The notes beneath the pieces are model-generated. The model was given only the letters and a program-made list of their open reading frames with translations, had not been told where the DNA came from and did not search any database. DNA of 64,000 nucleotides from Eledone cirrhosa (taxonomy: Eukaryota). The stretch covers positions 20,398,001 through 20,462,000 of the forward strand of contig OZ024764.1 in the NCBI GenBank assembly GCA_964016885.1, given 5' to 3'. Of the stretch, positions 1 to 10,729 are shown piece by piece. Within the stretch, counting starts at the first letter, position 1. Each line of letters starts with the position of its first letter. Made by a program: the position numbers and the translations under genes.

Positions 1-245
1 TCTAAATGTTGTGGCTTCCCTACACACTAACATACAGGAAAGGAACTATATCACCGTGATGTCTGTGCTAAATAATTCTCTAAATGTTGTGGCTTCACTA
101 CACATTAACACATACAGGAGAGGAACTATATCACTGTGGTGTCTGTGCTAAATAATTCTCTAAATGTTGTGGCTTCCCTACACAGTAACACATACAGGAG
201 AGGAACTATATCACTGTGGTGTCTGTGATAAATAATTCTCTTGTA
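1..245 (+). repeat. 80-bp C2H2-derived non-coding minisatellite (3' tail of an off-window ZNF paralogue)
   Basis: Units CATACAGGA(A/G)AGGAACTATATCAC... start at 31, 111 and 191. They resemble the [14 protein letters not shown] coding unit and are homologous to 16390-16830 and 57043-57570. Confidence 0.85.
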
Positions 246-336
246 AAGGTTACTTGATGCAACTCAAACACAATCAGACAAGATAAAAACCATGTCACTC
301 ACCTAAAATAGTGCCACCAATGTTGTTAATATCTTG

Positions 337-342
337 AATAAA
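337..342 (+). promoter_or_regulatory. Putative polyadenylation signal of the upstream ZNF paralogue
   Basis: AATAAA followed by a T-rich tract, conserved at the same position after all three ZNF units (16923-16928, 57669-57674). Confidence 0.45.
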
Positions 343-507
343 ACTGTTTTACTAAGAAATTATTCTCCTTTCATTTTATTTGTAGAAATTTTAACCAAGA
401 CTTGTGCTGACAAAACTGTATTGTTCAGAATTGACATACGTTATATATATGTGAATGTTTGTGTGTAGAAATTTGTGTCCATGTGTATGTTTGTATATAA
501 GTATCTG

Positions 508-670
508 CATATCATCATCATCATCATCATTTTACGTCCGCTTTTCCCTGCTTGCAAGGGTGGGAGTGAACTGATTCTGGCTTGATTTCTACAGCTGGAT
601 GCCCTTCCTAACACCAACCTCATTTACAGAGAGTGCTGTGTGCTTTTTTGCCGTGGCACCTCCACGACCA
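508..670 (-). mobile_element. SINE/RTE-type 3' end with (GAT)n tail
   Basis: (CAT)n-TTTACGTCCG...CTGGATGCCCTTCCTAACACCAAC motif that recurs throughout the window. Paralogous copy at 57837-58000. Confidence 0.65.
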
Positions 671-711
671 ATTTGCAGTGGAATGATATGGACCCCAGTC
701 CCTATCATCTC

Positions 712-851
712 ATTTCTACAGCTGAGTAAATGGGAGCAATGTGAAATAAAGTGTCTTGCTCAACGAAACAACACATCACACTGTGTGAGAATTGAACTCA
801 CAACCTTTCGATTGCAAGGCCAATGCTCTAACCACTAAGCCATGTGCCTCC
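712..851 (-). mobile_element. tRNA-derived SINE 5' part
   Basis: Reverse strand reads GGAGGCACATGGCTTAGTGGTTAGAGC (A box) ... GAGTTCAATTCTC (B box) ... TTGAGCAAGACACTT. Several copies in the window. Confidence 0.8.
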
Positions 852-904
852 ACTGTGCATATTTGTATTTGATTTATTTATTATGTATGTGTGTATATGT
901 ACGT

Positions 905-1430
905 CATCTTCATCAACATCATCACTGTTTTTATGTCTGTTTTTCTATGCTTCCTTGGGTTGGACATGTCCTTCTCAACATGGCATCTTTCAACTTCTCG
1001 TGTTCCTTTGTCATCTCCTCTGTGAGAGTCAATCATTTGAAGTCAGTTCACACAGCCTCTGTCCAGGTCTTTCTTGGTCTACCTCTACTATGGCTTCCTT
1101 CTACTGGGATGTCCTGGCACTTGTTCACCCAGCTGTCATTATCCATGTGTATCACATGTCCATACCAATGCAGTCTTCTCTCTTACACATCTCTTAAGAT
1201 CCCTCTTAAACCCAGGTTCTCCCTCAACTTGTCCAAGCTCTGCCTTTCTCTCACACTTAAATGGCACATCCAATGAAGCATGGTTGCTTCATTTCTCTCC
1301 AGTCTACACTTTTTTTCTGCTGTCACAACCCTTGTTTCACTACCATGCAGCATCATATTTTATTGGCAGGTGTTATACAGTCATCCTCCACTGCTAATTA
1401 AGTCACAGAAGCTATCAACCACTTCTATGT
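905..1430 (-). mobile_element. RTE-clade LINE 3' fragment (degenerate)
   Basis: Minus strand encodes RRLHWYGHVIHM and a GRPRKTW-type motif, and ends in a (GAT)n-like tail. Near-identical paralogue at 17145-17670. Confidence 0.8.
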
Positions 1431-1489
1431 GTGTATAATTACTTGTGTATCCTTATGTGTTTGCTAATACTATCTATAGGTCACAACTC

Positions 1490-1603
1490 CAGGTAGAAGG
1501 AGCAACGTGAAATAAAGTATCTTGCTCAAGGACACATCACCCGGTCCAAGAATTGAACTCACAACCTTTCAATTACAAGCCCAATGCTCTAACCACTGAG
1601 CCA
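1490..1603 (-). mobile_element. tRNA-derived SINE 5' part
   Basis: Same A/B-box head as 712-851. Paralogue at 17950-18070. Confidence 0.75.
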
Positions 1604-1623
1604 TATATATTATATATATATTA

Positions 1624-1817
1624 CTAGCAGAATGGCCTGGAGATCGCTAAATCACCTAATGCGGTCCCTAAGGCATTGAAAATTTGAAATTGTTTTTTCT
1701 CAAAACACTCACAGGACCATAAGTATTATATGTGTAAAGGTTAAAAACAGTCGGTTGGGTGGTTCTTGAGTTTTAGGTAGTCAGACAGACATACATTCTC
1801 TGTTTTAGATATATAGA
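1624..1817 (-). mobile_element. Short non-autonomous Helitron
   Basis: Minus strand reads A|TCTATATATC...TGCTAG|T: TC 5' end, CTAG 3' end, A/T target, no TSD, internal GTCT microsatellite. Copies at 18091-18260 and 58191-58378. Confidence 0.7.
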
Positions 1818-1896
1818 TATATATATTATATTATATGATATATATATATTATATTATATATATATATATTATATATAATATATATTGTATATATAT

Positions 1897-2123
1897 CAAC
1901 CCACTCTGTAAAGTGGACATGTAGGCAGCACGGAAGAAAAGTACCCAGCACCCACTGTAAATGAGGTTGGTGTTAGGAAGGGCATCCAGCTGTAGAAATC
2001 AAGCCAAAATCAGTTCCCGTATGAGCAAGACAAGGTCAGCCAACCGGACACTGCCCACAACAGGACAACCCGTCTAACCCATGCTAGCATAGAAGAACGG
2101 ACGTAAAACAGTGATGATAATGA
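1897..2123 (+). mobile_element. SINE 3' part (AGGAAGGGCATCCAGC domain, RTE-like tail)
   Basis: GTTAGGAAGGGCATCCAGCTGTAGAAA...CCCATGCTAGCAT...GGACGTAAAAC(GAT)n. Paralogue at 58997-59210. Confidence 0.7.
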
Positions 2124-2136
2124 TATATATATATAC

Positions 2137-2170
<34 letters not shown>

Positions 2171-2223
2171 GTATATTATTATATATATAATATATATATA
2201 TAAATACCATATATGTATATATA

Positions 2224-3095
2224 CAGGGTGCGGACTATAATTATTTGCAAGATTACTGTCTAGGAAAAAATAACACAGTAGTTTAGTTTTTTAAGATTTA
2301 TTTATCAAACTTGGGTCAGTTTGTCTTCATGACTGGTTCTTTCAATCTCACTTGATAAACCCGCCATTGGCTTTGATGACGGCCTTGAAATCAGCTACAG
2401 GCCTTCGTCACTGTCCCCTGACTTAGGCCCCTAAAGGCACTTGTAATCCTGGCCTTCAGATCGTCTTTCGTAATGCAGCTAGATTTGTTGGTGTCTCGTT
2501 CCACTCTGCCCCACACAAAGAAGTCGAAGGGGTTGCAGTCAGGCTAGCTGGGAGGCCAGATGTCAGGTGAAGTGTGGTTGATGAAGTTCTCTGACAGCCA
2601 GGCTTGGATCTTTCAGCTGGTATGGCAGGGCGCTGACTCTTGCTGCCACACGTACGGCCTACCTGCAGCTACCTGGTCGATCCAGGGCTTTACTACCTCG
2701 CGGATGTAGCCATCGGTGTTCAGCTTGAGACCCTCAGGGAAGCAGTGAGGGGGCATTACGTCACCTTGACTGCTGACGACACCTAAGACCAATGTTGTCG
2801 CTGGAAACTTTATCTGCATGACTCTGGGCACGTCTTTGGATGAGACAGCGAGCCACATGTTGTTCTGGGAGTTGATCTTCTGGTCCTTATTTGTCTTACC
2901 GGTGCTGATTCCAAGAAGAACTCTGTGTCTCTTCCACAAATTTGGAGGTTCAAAATTATTCATAATCAATTATTCTGGAAATAAATAATGGAAATATAGT
3001 CACTGTTTTTATGAGGACAAGAGTGACAACGGAAGTAAAAAAAATTTGCATAAAATTAGCAGTTGAAAAATGCGACCAAATATCGTCCACACCTG
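2224..3095 (-). mobile_element. Internally deleted Tc1/mariner transposon, DD37D (maT/mori-type), transposase pseudogene
   Basis: Imperfect ~26-bp TIRs (CAGGGTGCGGAC.../...GTCCACACCTG) flanked by TA. Minus strand encodes YVWQQESAPCH...WPPS*PDCNPFDFFVWG, with 37 residues between the 2nd and 3rd catalytic positions (counted in the paralogous copy). Confidence 0.9.
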
Positions 3096-3968
3096 TATAT
3101 ATATATATCATATATACATACATATATATATACATATATATTCATTGATGTCCTCTCTTTAAGCCTTTTTCCTGCTGATTCAATCTTATATATCGTCTTG
3201 CAGACTAAATAGGGGGTATTGTAGTGACCTACATTCCGAGGGCTCATGGATACATTCTCTGTGCGTTGTTTGGCTCAGTTCAGCCAATCGTTACCAGTTT
3301 AGGAAAATGTATCTCGACTTCTGCCCAGAGGGAAAAATTCCCGCAGAGATTCGATATTCTCTCTCTTGCAGCTCGACACCGTGAAGGTAAACATCTCTTG
3401 CCTTCGTTCCTCAAGCATAGACAATATGTAGCAACAGATATCACTACAGGTCTGGCTAACGCCTCAGCCAGTTGACCGTACGTCTTTAAATCTTTATAAC
3501 CTTTTTATTGATAACATTAACTATCCTCTCAAGAGACATTCTTCTAACCTTTGTAATCTGTAAATAAATTATATATAAACAATTACAAAGTCGTGTGATG
3601 CTATTTTCCACAACATTGCTTTTAACATCTTCAATGGTGACTTCCGTGATAGGATACACAAATACACAGATTCTCAACACAAACATCTACTAAACGTAAG
3701 AGTTGAAAGAAAGAAAAGTTTGTAATGGATAATTTCACTGCTATTTCTAGCAGTCAGAGACACTACGTAGATATATAATTGATATTTTACTGAGTGACAC
3801 CTTTTCATTTACTATCGATTAAATACGATTGGAACTGTCTGAATGTATTAAATTATATCAGGGACTTTTAACTAATGACACCGGTAAGGGAGTTAAATCA
3901 TTTCCAACGATATCGAGTACCTGCTGTCTTAATCTAATTATATCTTGTGCAACAATTACATATATATC

Positions 3969-4023
3969 TGTTAGAACACGAAAAGTGTGAAACAACAGAA
4001 TGTTCACTTTTCGTGTTCTAACA
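3969..4023. repeat. 19-bp perfect inverted repeat (hairpin)
   Basis: TGTTAGAACACGAAAAGTG - 17 nt - CACTTTTCGTGTTCTAACA. Confidence 0.9.
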
Positions 4024-4117
4024 TATATGCCTAACTTCTTCATAAATTTTTCGGGGATAGCCGTGGTGGTGGTGATCGTATGTCATTGGCTAATTTTCAA
4101 CCAATCAGAGTAAGTGT

Positions 4118-4155
<38 letters not shown>

Positions 4156-5490
4156 TATTGCCCCTCTCTCTATATATATCTTACGCTTTCGCTTTACACT
4201 CCTCCCCTTCAATAACACATTTCCCCCTCTCTATATATCTCTTCCACTGTTTCTTACGCCTGTTTCTCTCTATCTGTTCCGTCTCTATATATATCTCTCT
4301 TACTCTTTGCACTCCTCCCCTTCAATACCATCTCTCCCCCTCTCTATATATTTGTTACTCTATCGCTGCACGCTCCTCTCCTTCAATATATCAATTACAC
4401 ACGCTTTACACTCCTTTATCCCCAGCGCCCCTATATATACCCCCCCCCTCCTGCATCTATATTTTAATGTTCCGTTGCACCGTGAATATATGTGTCTATA
4501 TATATATACATATATATTGTATATACACATTCATGTATGTGTATACACACTCATGTATGTATATACACTGGTTTTATGTGTGTATTGTAAATTTGTACTG
4601 TTAAAACACGAAACTAACATTCGATTGACACTTTGATTACCTGTACAGGCAATAGTTATTAGAATGCTGTTGAAGTGTGTATATATTTTTGGGGGACATC
4701 CTGTATATACACACATTATATATAATACAATAAACAGATAAATACACACATATATATATGAGCTTATTTAATTATAAATATTGTGAATTTTTAACTCAGT
4801 TCAATTATATATATAAATGGCTTCTACAGGACTAGAACTGTTTCATTCGAAAGAAATCATCATAATATTGAGAGGGGGGACTAGATAAAATATTTCAAAT
4901 CAAATGTGTATAAGTTATAAGTTAAAATGTATAAATAGAGACGATAGTGGAGGTATATCTGTTTAGTGGAACAGTAGACGATAGAATTAAATACAGACGA
5001 GAATCTCCCTTTAATGAAACAGCAGACGATAGAATTAAGGCAATTTAAATTTTAAGCATTTGCCTTTCATCGTTACGGGGTCGATAAAATAAAGTACCAG
5101 TAATACACTGTCACTATAAGTAGACGACTTTCAAATTGAATTGTTGGTTCCATTTCTTTAGTATTTTCAATTGTAGTTATCTACTTAAAAAGCGTTACAC
5201 GGTTAGAGACATAATTGGTAAGTTATATCTTCCCTATTAAACCATTGCATTATTTCGCCTACAATAGAACAAAAATGAAATGTTCTTTAAAGAAACAGGA
5301 ATATAACTTTATAAAAAAAAAAGTTGCATCCGCTTCTTTTATCATTGATAATTTTTTCGTTTTAATATTAATTGTTTTTTGTAGTTGTTTATATTAAAAA
5401 TCTTACTGTAATATTTACTTAAACGAAGGCAGACATCTAAACTTATAGATTAATCTTGAGCGAAAGACTAGATAAATCTCTCTCTCTCTC

Positions 5491-5690
5491 TCAACAAAGA
5501 ATGATAACATTTCAAGCAAAGAGTTTAATTAGGTAATGACTTACAAATTTGTTTCAGTATATCTTTAATATAATATTATTAACTAATTATTATAATTAGC
5601 GCTTCAGGCTTTGTCTATATACTGAAACAAATTTGTAAGTCATTACCTAATTAAACTCTTTGCTTGAAATTTTATCACTCTTCGTTTTGA
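5491..5690. repeat. Foldback inverted repeat (~70-bp arms)
   Basis: ATTTCAAGCAAAGAG...GTTTCAGTATAT (5509-5562) is the reverse complement of 5617-5670. Imperfect extension to 5491 and 5690. Confidence 0.9.
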
Positions 5691-5970
5691 ATTTCTCCTA
5701 AGTATTCAATACTCTGTTGAGAAATACATTTTACATAAACAGTCTTTGTACCATTTATACGGTATTAATTACTTATATTTATATATATATATATATATAT
5801 ATAGCGTATGATTAGAACTGTGTTTATTATTAATATTTTAATGGATTTAATGAAAAATTTTAGGTGTTCATATATATATTCTAAAAATGCGCGAAATCGT
5901 GAATCCGGGATAGTTGAACCGCCAAGTAGCGAGGTATCACTGTATATATGTTTAAATATATAGTGTAGCT

Positions 5971-6435
5971 GTGATGTATCTCGCGAGTGAATCGAGACCT
6001 GTCACTGATTTTGGTGTCCCCACTGCCGATGTGAATGAGCAACGCTGCACTTGTGAATTGGGTCTTGATGTTGCAGGCAGTTCATATACTTACAATGATG
6101 CGGTCCCACAAGCTTGTTCACATTCCTGTGCTAATAATCTAGATGGGCGTATTAAATTGGATGTGAAAGCAGCTTACCGGATGCGGAATCGGGAGAAGTT
6201 GAGACAAAAACAGGCCGATTATAGAGCTGTGAATTTTGCTAAATTAACACAAAAACAGGCCAAGTATAGATGTTCAAAACGGTATGAGTTGGCAAACAAG
6301 CAGGCCAAGTATAGATCTGCAAATTCAGCTATTATATCTCAAAAGCAAGCCGAGCGTAGAGCTTCTAAACGTACCGAGTTGGCTAAAGAGCAGACCAAGT
6401 ACAGATCTGCAAATATCTTATTGCACAAACAATAA
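5971..6435 (+). pseudogene. ORF with basic 15-aa tandem repeats (KQAKYR..N), probably a TE-protein fragment
   Basis: 154-aa ORF (ATG at 5974) with AAYRMRNREKLRQKQ/ADYRAVNFAKLTQKQ/AKYRCSKRYELANKQ/AKYRSANSAIISQKQ/AERRASKRTELAKEQ. It ends just before a SINE. Confidence 0.4.
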
Positions 6436-6462
6436 TTCTGCACAAATGTTGCTCCATTATTT

Positions 6463-6642
6463 TGGCAGTATTGGTAGAGGGTCGGATGCCATGCTTTCCA
6501 GCATAGTTACGTCCCTTTACGATCTGAGTTCAAATCCTGCCGAGGTTGACTTTGCCTTTCATCCTTACGGGGTAGATAAAATAAAGTACCAGTAATGCAC
6601 TGGGTAATTGCTGGCCTTGTGCCTAAAGTAGAAACAATTATT
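6463..6642 (+). mobile_element. tRNA-derived SINE with Meta-domain-like core
   Basis: GAGTTCAAATCCTGCC B box followed by GCCTTTCATCCTTACGGGGTAGATAAAATAAAGTACCAG. Related copies at 5060-5110, 7950-8120 and 58740-58870. Confidence 0.75.
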
Positions 6643-6828
6643 AGATCTAATGTTGCAACGATACAGTTAAATGTTGTCTGTGTATTTTAAAAAAGATTTG
6701 CTTATAATCTTTTCAAATTTCATTACGCCAATGATTCAAGCTCAAATTGACATTATCTAAAAAATTGTACAAACAGCGGTGGATTAGCAGTAGTGAACAG
6801 ATAAATCAGTCAATTTATTAAGATTGAC

Positions 6829-7480
6829 TTGGCATCAATCAGCAAGACCTTCATTAGCTGCTCTCCAGCCATCTATTTAAAGCTGTATACATCTATGGTA
6901 CGAATACACTTGGAGTTCGCGTCATCAGTCTGGAACCCCTATCTTGCTCAGAACATTGACCTCCTGGAAACTGTTCAGAGACATGCAACCAAGCGCATAC
7001 CCTCTATCAGACACCTACCATACCCTGAATATTTTGCTTCCCTCTGGCAATGGACTTGGTAAACACCCACAAAGTTATTAACCATCCGACCAACAACAAC
7101 CCCGAACACCTTTTTGATCTCCATGTGTCTAACACGTGGACATGCCTACAAAGTCAGAAAACAACACAGCTCCCATGACTTTAGGAAATATTTCTTCATG
7201 CTCAGAGTTGCTGAAGGATGGAACAAACTTCCTGCATCAGTTGTTAGCTGATGACACACTGCATCCTTTAAAACCATCATACATTCCGAAATACACCAAA
7301 ACTACACCTGATGTCCCCCTTCCATACACATGCACATATGTGTATATCATGACTCATGCACTGTTCTTTTTTCCTGACGTTTTTATATTACCCTATGTAT
7401 TATATATGCACTTTTGATGAGTTGTAGTGCACCTCAGCATTGTACACAATATTTTCATTATTATTATCATTATTATTATT
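6829..7480 (+). mobile_element. CR1/L2-group LINE 3' fragment
   Basis: LYTSMVRIHLEFASSVWNPYLAQNIDLLETVQRHATKRIP is a typical post-RT ORF2 C-terminus. It ends in an (ATT)n tail. Confidence 0.85.
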
Positions 7481-7949
7481 ACACTCATTGATCCATTTTG
7501 CACTAACTCTGCATCAAGCACCCTCACCTAAATATTAACCAATCAAGGATCCAATACAGCTATCTGTTGGATGAGTATTGTATAGTGCCAAAAACGAAAC
7601 CAATCAGTTTAGCAGAAAGTTTCCAGACAAGAAACACGCATATTTTGCTATCCTCAAACACGTTTACACATGGCATGAAATATAACTAATCCGAGATGGC
7701 TAGGTTTCATCTTCTAACTGGATATACGAAATCCATTATGTCTTGACAACAACATGAGGTAACATTATGTTATTCACAGACACACTTTGTACACTGTTCC
7801 ATATCAGAATGTATTTCCTTCGTCACATTCACAAACAGTATTGAAAATATGTTCTTCGGCAAATAAAAATGTTTTGTTCATAATATTTCAACTAGCGATT
7901 GCTCTACTCCACGCACGACCACCATAAATTAATGACCAGCTCAACACAA

Positions 7950-8122
7950 GTATTGGTAGAGCGTCAGACACCATGCTTTGCAGTATTGTTATGGTCCTTT
8001 GCATTCTAAGTTCAAATCCTGCCGAGGTTAACTTCGACTTTCATACTTACTAATTCGATAAAATAAAGTACCAGTAATGGACTGCCGTAATGGATTTGTG
8101 CCGAAAAATAGAAACACTATTA
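7950..8122 (+). mobile_element. tRNA-derived SINE (Meta-like), degenerate
   Basis: Homologous to 6463-6642. Confidence 0.65.
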
Positions 8123-8665
8123 ATGTGCAATAAGAGCAAAATATAACGACATTGCTCAATTATTTTATCTAATAACACAAGGAAATGTTGTTTGTGTATT
8201 TTTTTTTATATTTGCTCATAGGCTTTTACAATTTCGCTCAGCCAACAACTATTAAAAAGTGAGTTGCTTAAGATAACAATTTAATCACAAATTGTTGCTA
8301 TCTTTTAATACACTCCAACAAGTCATCAAATTATGTACAATAAAAACAAATCTTATTAATTTGCTCAGGGAATATAAAGAAAATGTATATACACTGATAA
8401 TTGCAATTGTATGTAAATATTTTGTTTTTGTATTGTTTATTTTATGTTTTCTATTATGTATAATATATTGATTTAATATTGATTGTTTTTTGTAGTTGTT
8501 TATATTAAAAGTCTGAAAATATTTTTATACATCTTACACTAATATTTATAAGATAATTTATAATAACAATTACATAATCTAATTACATTACAACGATAAT
8601 TTATTATTAATATATATCCTGTTTAACTAGAGTTATTACAAGCGTTGCCTTAAAAAAATATTAAA

Positions 8666-9620
8666 CTAGACATGAAAAATGCGCAAGCTCAAAAGTGCCA
8701 CAGAATGTTATAATAAACCTTCAAAAGTGTGGGACTAGAGTTGTTGCTAAAAAATATTGTAATCATTATATATCGTACATTCTGTGGCATCCTTTATAAA
8801 AATAGCTTAAACCAACGAAGCCTTTATTTTTACGCTATTTCACTTAGTTAATTCTTAGAGTGTAACATATAAAAATAAATACATCTATGTTTAATGTAAT
8901 AACAGCTATAAATAATTACGTAATATTATTATCATATACTCATAGTAACAAAATAATTGTGTTGAAAATTAATATGATGCTTATATGAACGATCAAATCT
9001 ATAATGATAATTTTTTAAATATACTAATAGTAAAATAATTTAGTTATCTATTGTTACATTTTCATAGAACTATAATATTAACAATCGTATTGCATTATCA
9101 AATTTTTATCACTACAAACTTTCATATTGGAATTACCTTAAGCCACTTATTATTACTTCGCTTTCGTACTTTTACAGCTGTAGATATTGCGCTGTATCTT
9201 ATATCTAATATCAATATCTCATGGTAATTTGCATGCAGTGTAAAATAGGTTTATTAATAACTTTAATATGAAATGTATTATACAGGGCTGCGGAGTCGGC
9301 CAAAAGTTGACTGGCTCCAACTCAGGATCCGATACTCCATTATTTCCTAAATTTCAGCTCCGCAGCTCTGTTATTATATTAATTAATTTATTTTATAGTT
9401 GTAAATCATATTTTTATATGTTACACTCTAAGAATTAACTAAGTGAAATAGCGTAAAAATAAAGGCTTCGTTGGTTTAAGCTATTTTTATAAAGGATGCC
9501 ACAGAATGTACGATATATAATGATTACAATATTTTTTAGCAACAACTCTAGTCCCACACTTTTGAAGGTTTATTATAACATTCTGTGGCACTTTTGAGCT
9601 TGCGCATTTTTAATGTCTAG
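8666..9620. mobile_element. Foldback/MITE-like structure with 212-bp near-perfect inverted arms
   Basis: 8666-8877 is the reverse complement of 9409-9620, with one mismatch seen near the ends. Both outer ends are CTAG. Confidence 0.85.
9283..9370. mobile_element. 88-bp hAT-like MITE
   Basis: TIRs CAGGGCTGCGGAG / CTCCGCAGCTCTG. Flanking 8-mers GTATTATA / TTATTATA match at 7 of 8 positions (TSD). Confidence 0.7.
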
Positions 9621-10325
9621 TATATATATACACACAATTTTAATTCCCCGACATCAGTCTTACACTGCCATATCTATTCTTACTTTACAATTGTGTCTAC
9701 TAAGAGTTCCATTACAATCTGTAGTAGTAAAACTACTATTTCACCAGAACATCTGCTATCAGTCAATTATAGACAATATATATATTTTAGACCACATATC
9801 AACCTAATATATATATATTTCCTATCAAATCTGTAGCTAAAGACATAAAGTCAGCCTCACTACTTCATTCTGACAAGATATCAATTTATGACTAAAGATG
9901 AAGAAGATACACCAACGTTAATGTCGTGAAATAAAGCTGATAACATTGAAACTTCTAATTTGATAACAAAGAGATTATTTCTTTGGTTGTTTAGTAACAA
10001 CTAACAACACAACACATTGATTATATGTGAAGGAGGTAAGTTGACAAAGATGTACTTAATGTCTATATTAATGTGTGTAAATAATATAATTATGTGACCC
10101 CTACAACGATCGAGTAATTAACCAGATTCCACTGTTACATGTGATATAAAATATATTGTTATCATGACTGTCTTCATTATTTAAAATACCTCCGTCTATA
10201 TTTCAACCACTGGAACAACCTCAAACAAGAAACAGTTGTCACCCTCAGTCAACATTTTAATGTCAAACATCGAGATAAATGTTGTGAGTGTATATAGATA
10301 GATGTATGTTGTGTGTGTATATATA

Positions 10326-10726
10326 CAGTAATCCCCCGCTATATCGCGGTTCACTTTTCGCGCTCCCGTTACATCGCTGATATTTCTTTGGAACGTATCT
10401 AATTTCCTATCGCGGTAATCCTCGCCACATCGCGGATTATTCGTTAGAACATATCTATTTTCTTATCGCCGTATGTCTGAATAATAAGTGTTTAAATCTT
10501 AAACTTATTAAATAAGTTTCAATGTTATTAAAGTGTATATCGTAAGGAAGGGACATCTTAAGGCTTTAACTATGAACAAATGTTTTTATTTTTCATTCCA
10601 TTACTGTTTTACTGATTGTGTTTTGCTCTAATCTACTACAAACCTTTCATAGATTGACGGGAGATGTGCAGTGTATTACCAAGTGGCTACCGTGACTGGC
10701 ACTGGTCCTCATTGGTAACTAGTGGT
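10326..10726 (+). mobile_element. pogo/Tigger-like non-autonomous DNA transposon, left part
   Basis: TA|CAGTAATCCCCCGCTATATCGCGGTTCAC terminus with repeated ATCGCGG motifs. Longer paralogue at 61696-62280. Confidence 0.55.
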
Positions 10727-10729
10727 TAA

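Larger units (their letters stand above)
3967..9620 (+). mobile_element. 5.65-kb insertion with Helitron-like termini, carrying nested TE fragments
   Basis: Absent from paralogous sites at ~21400 and ~60990, where the flanks join across a (TA)n tract. Boundaries are A|TCTG...GTCTAG|T. Confidence 0.55.

Noticed and set aside
712-851. tRNA gene
   Set aside because: A and B boxes are present, but the sequence continues into a SINE body, is multicopy and shows no complete cloverleaf.
842-1397. Overlapping plus-strand ORFs (144, 117 and 107 aa; repeated at 17045-17637)
   Set aside because: They are antisense shadows of an RTE fragment, and their conservation reflects recent duplication.
3224-3686. 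ORFs conserved with 60261-60711
   Set aside because: There is no recognisable domain, and the similarity is explained by the segmental duplication.
4660-4705. Tc1/mariner-like end (minus strand TA|CAGGATGTCCCCCAAAAA) and a Tigger-like end at ~5890-5945
   Set aside because: These are orphan termini with no partner TIR found, so no element can be delimited.
4080-4749. ORFs of 174, 109 and 72 aa
   Set aside because: They derive from (TA)n, CT-rich and TG-rich low-complexity sequence.
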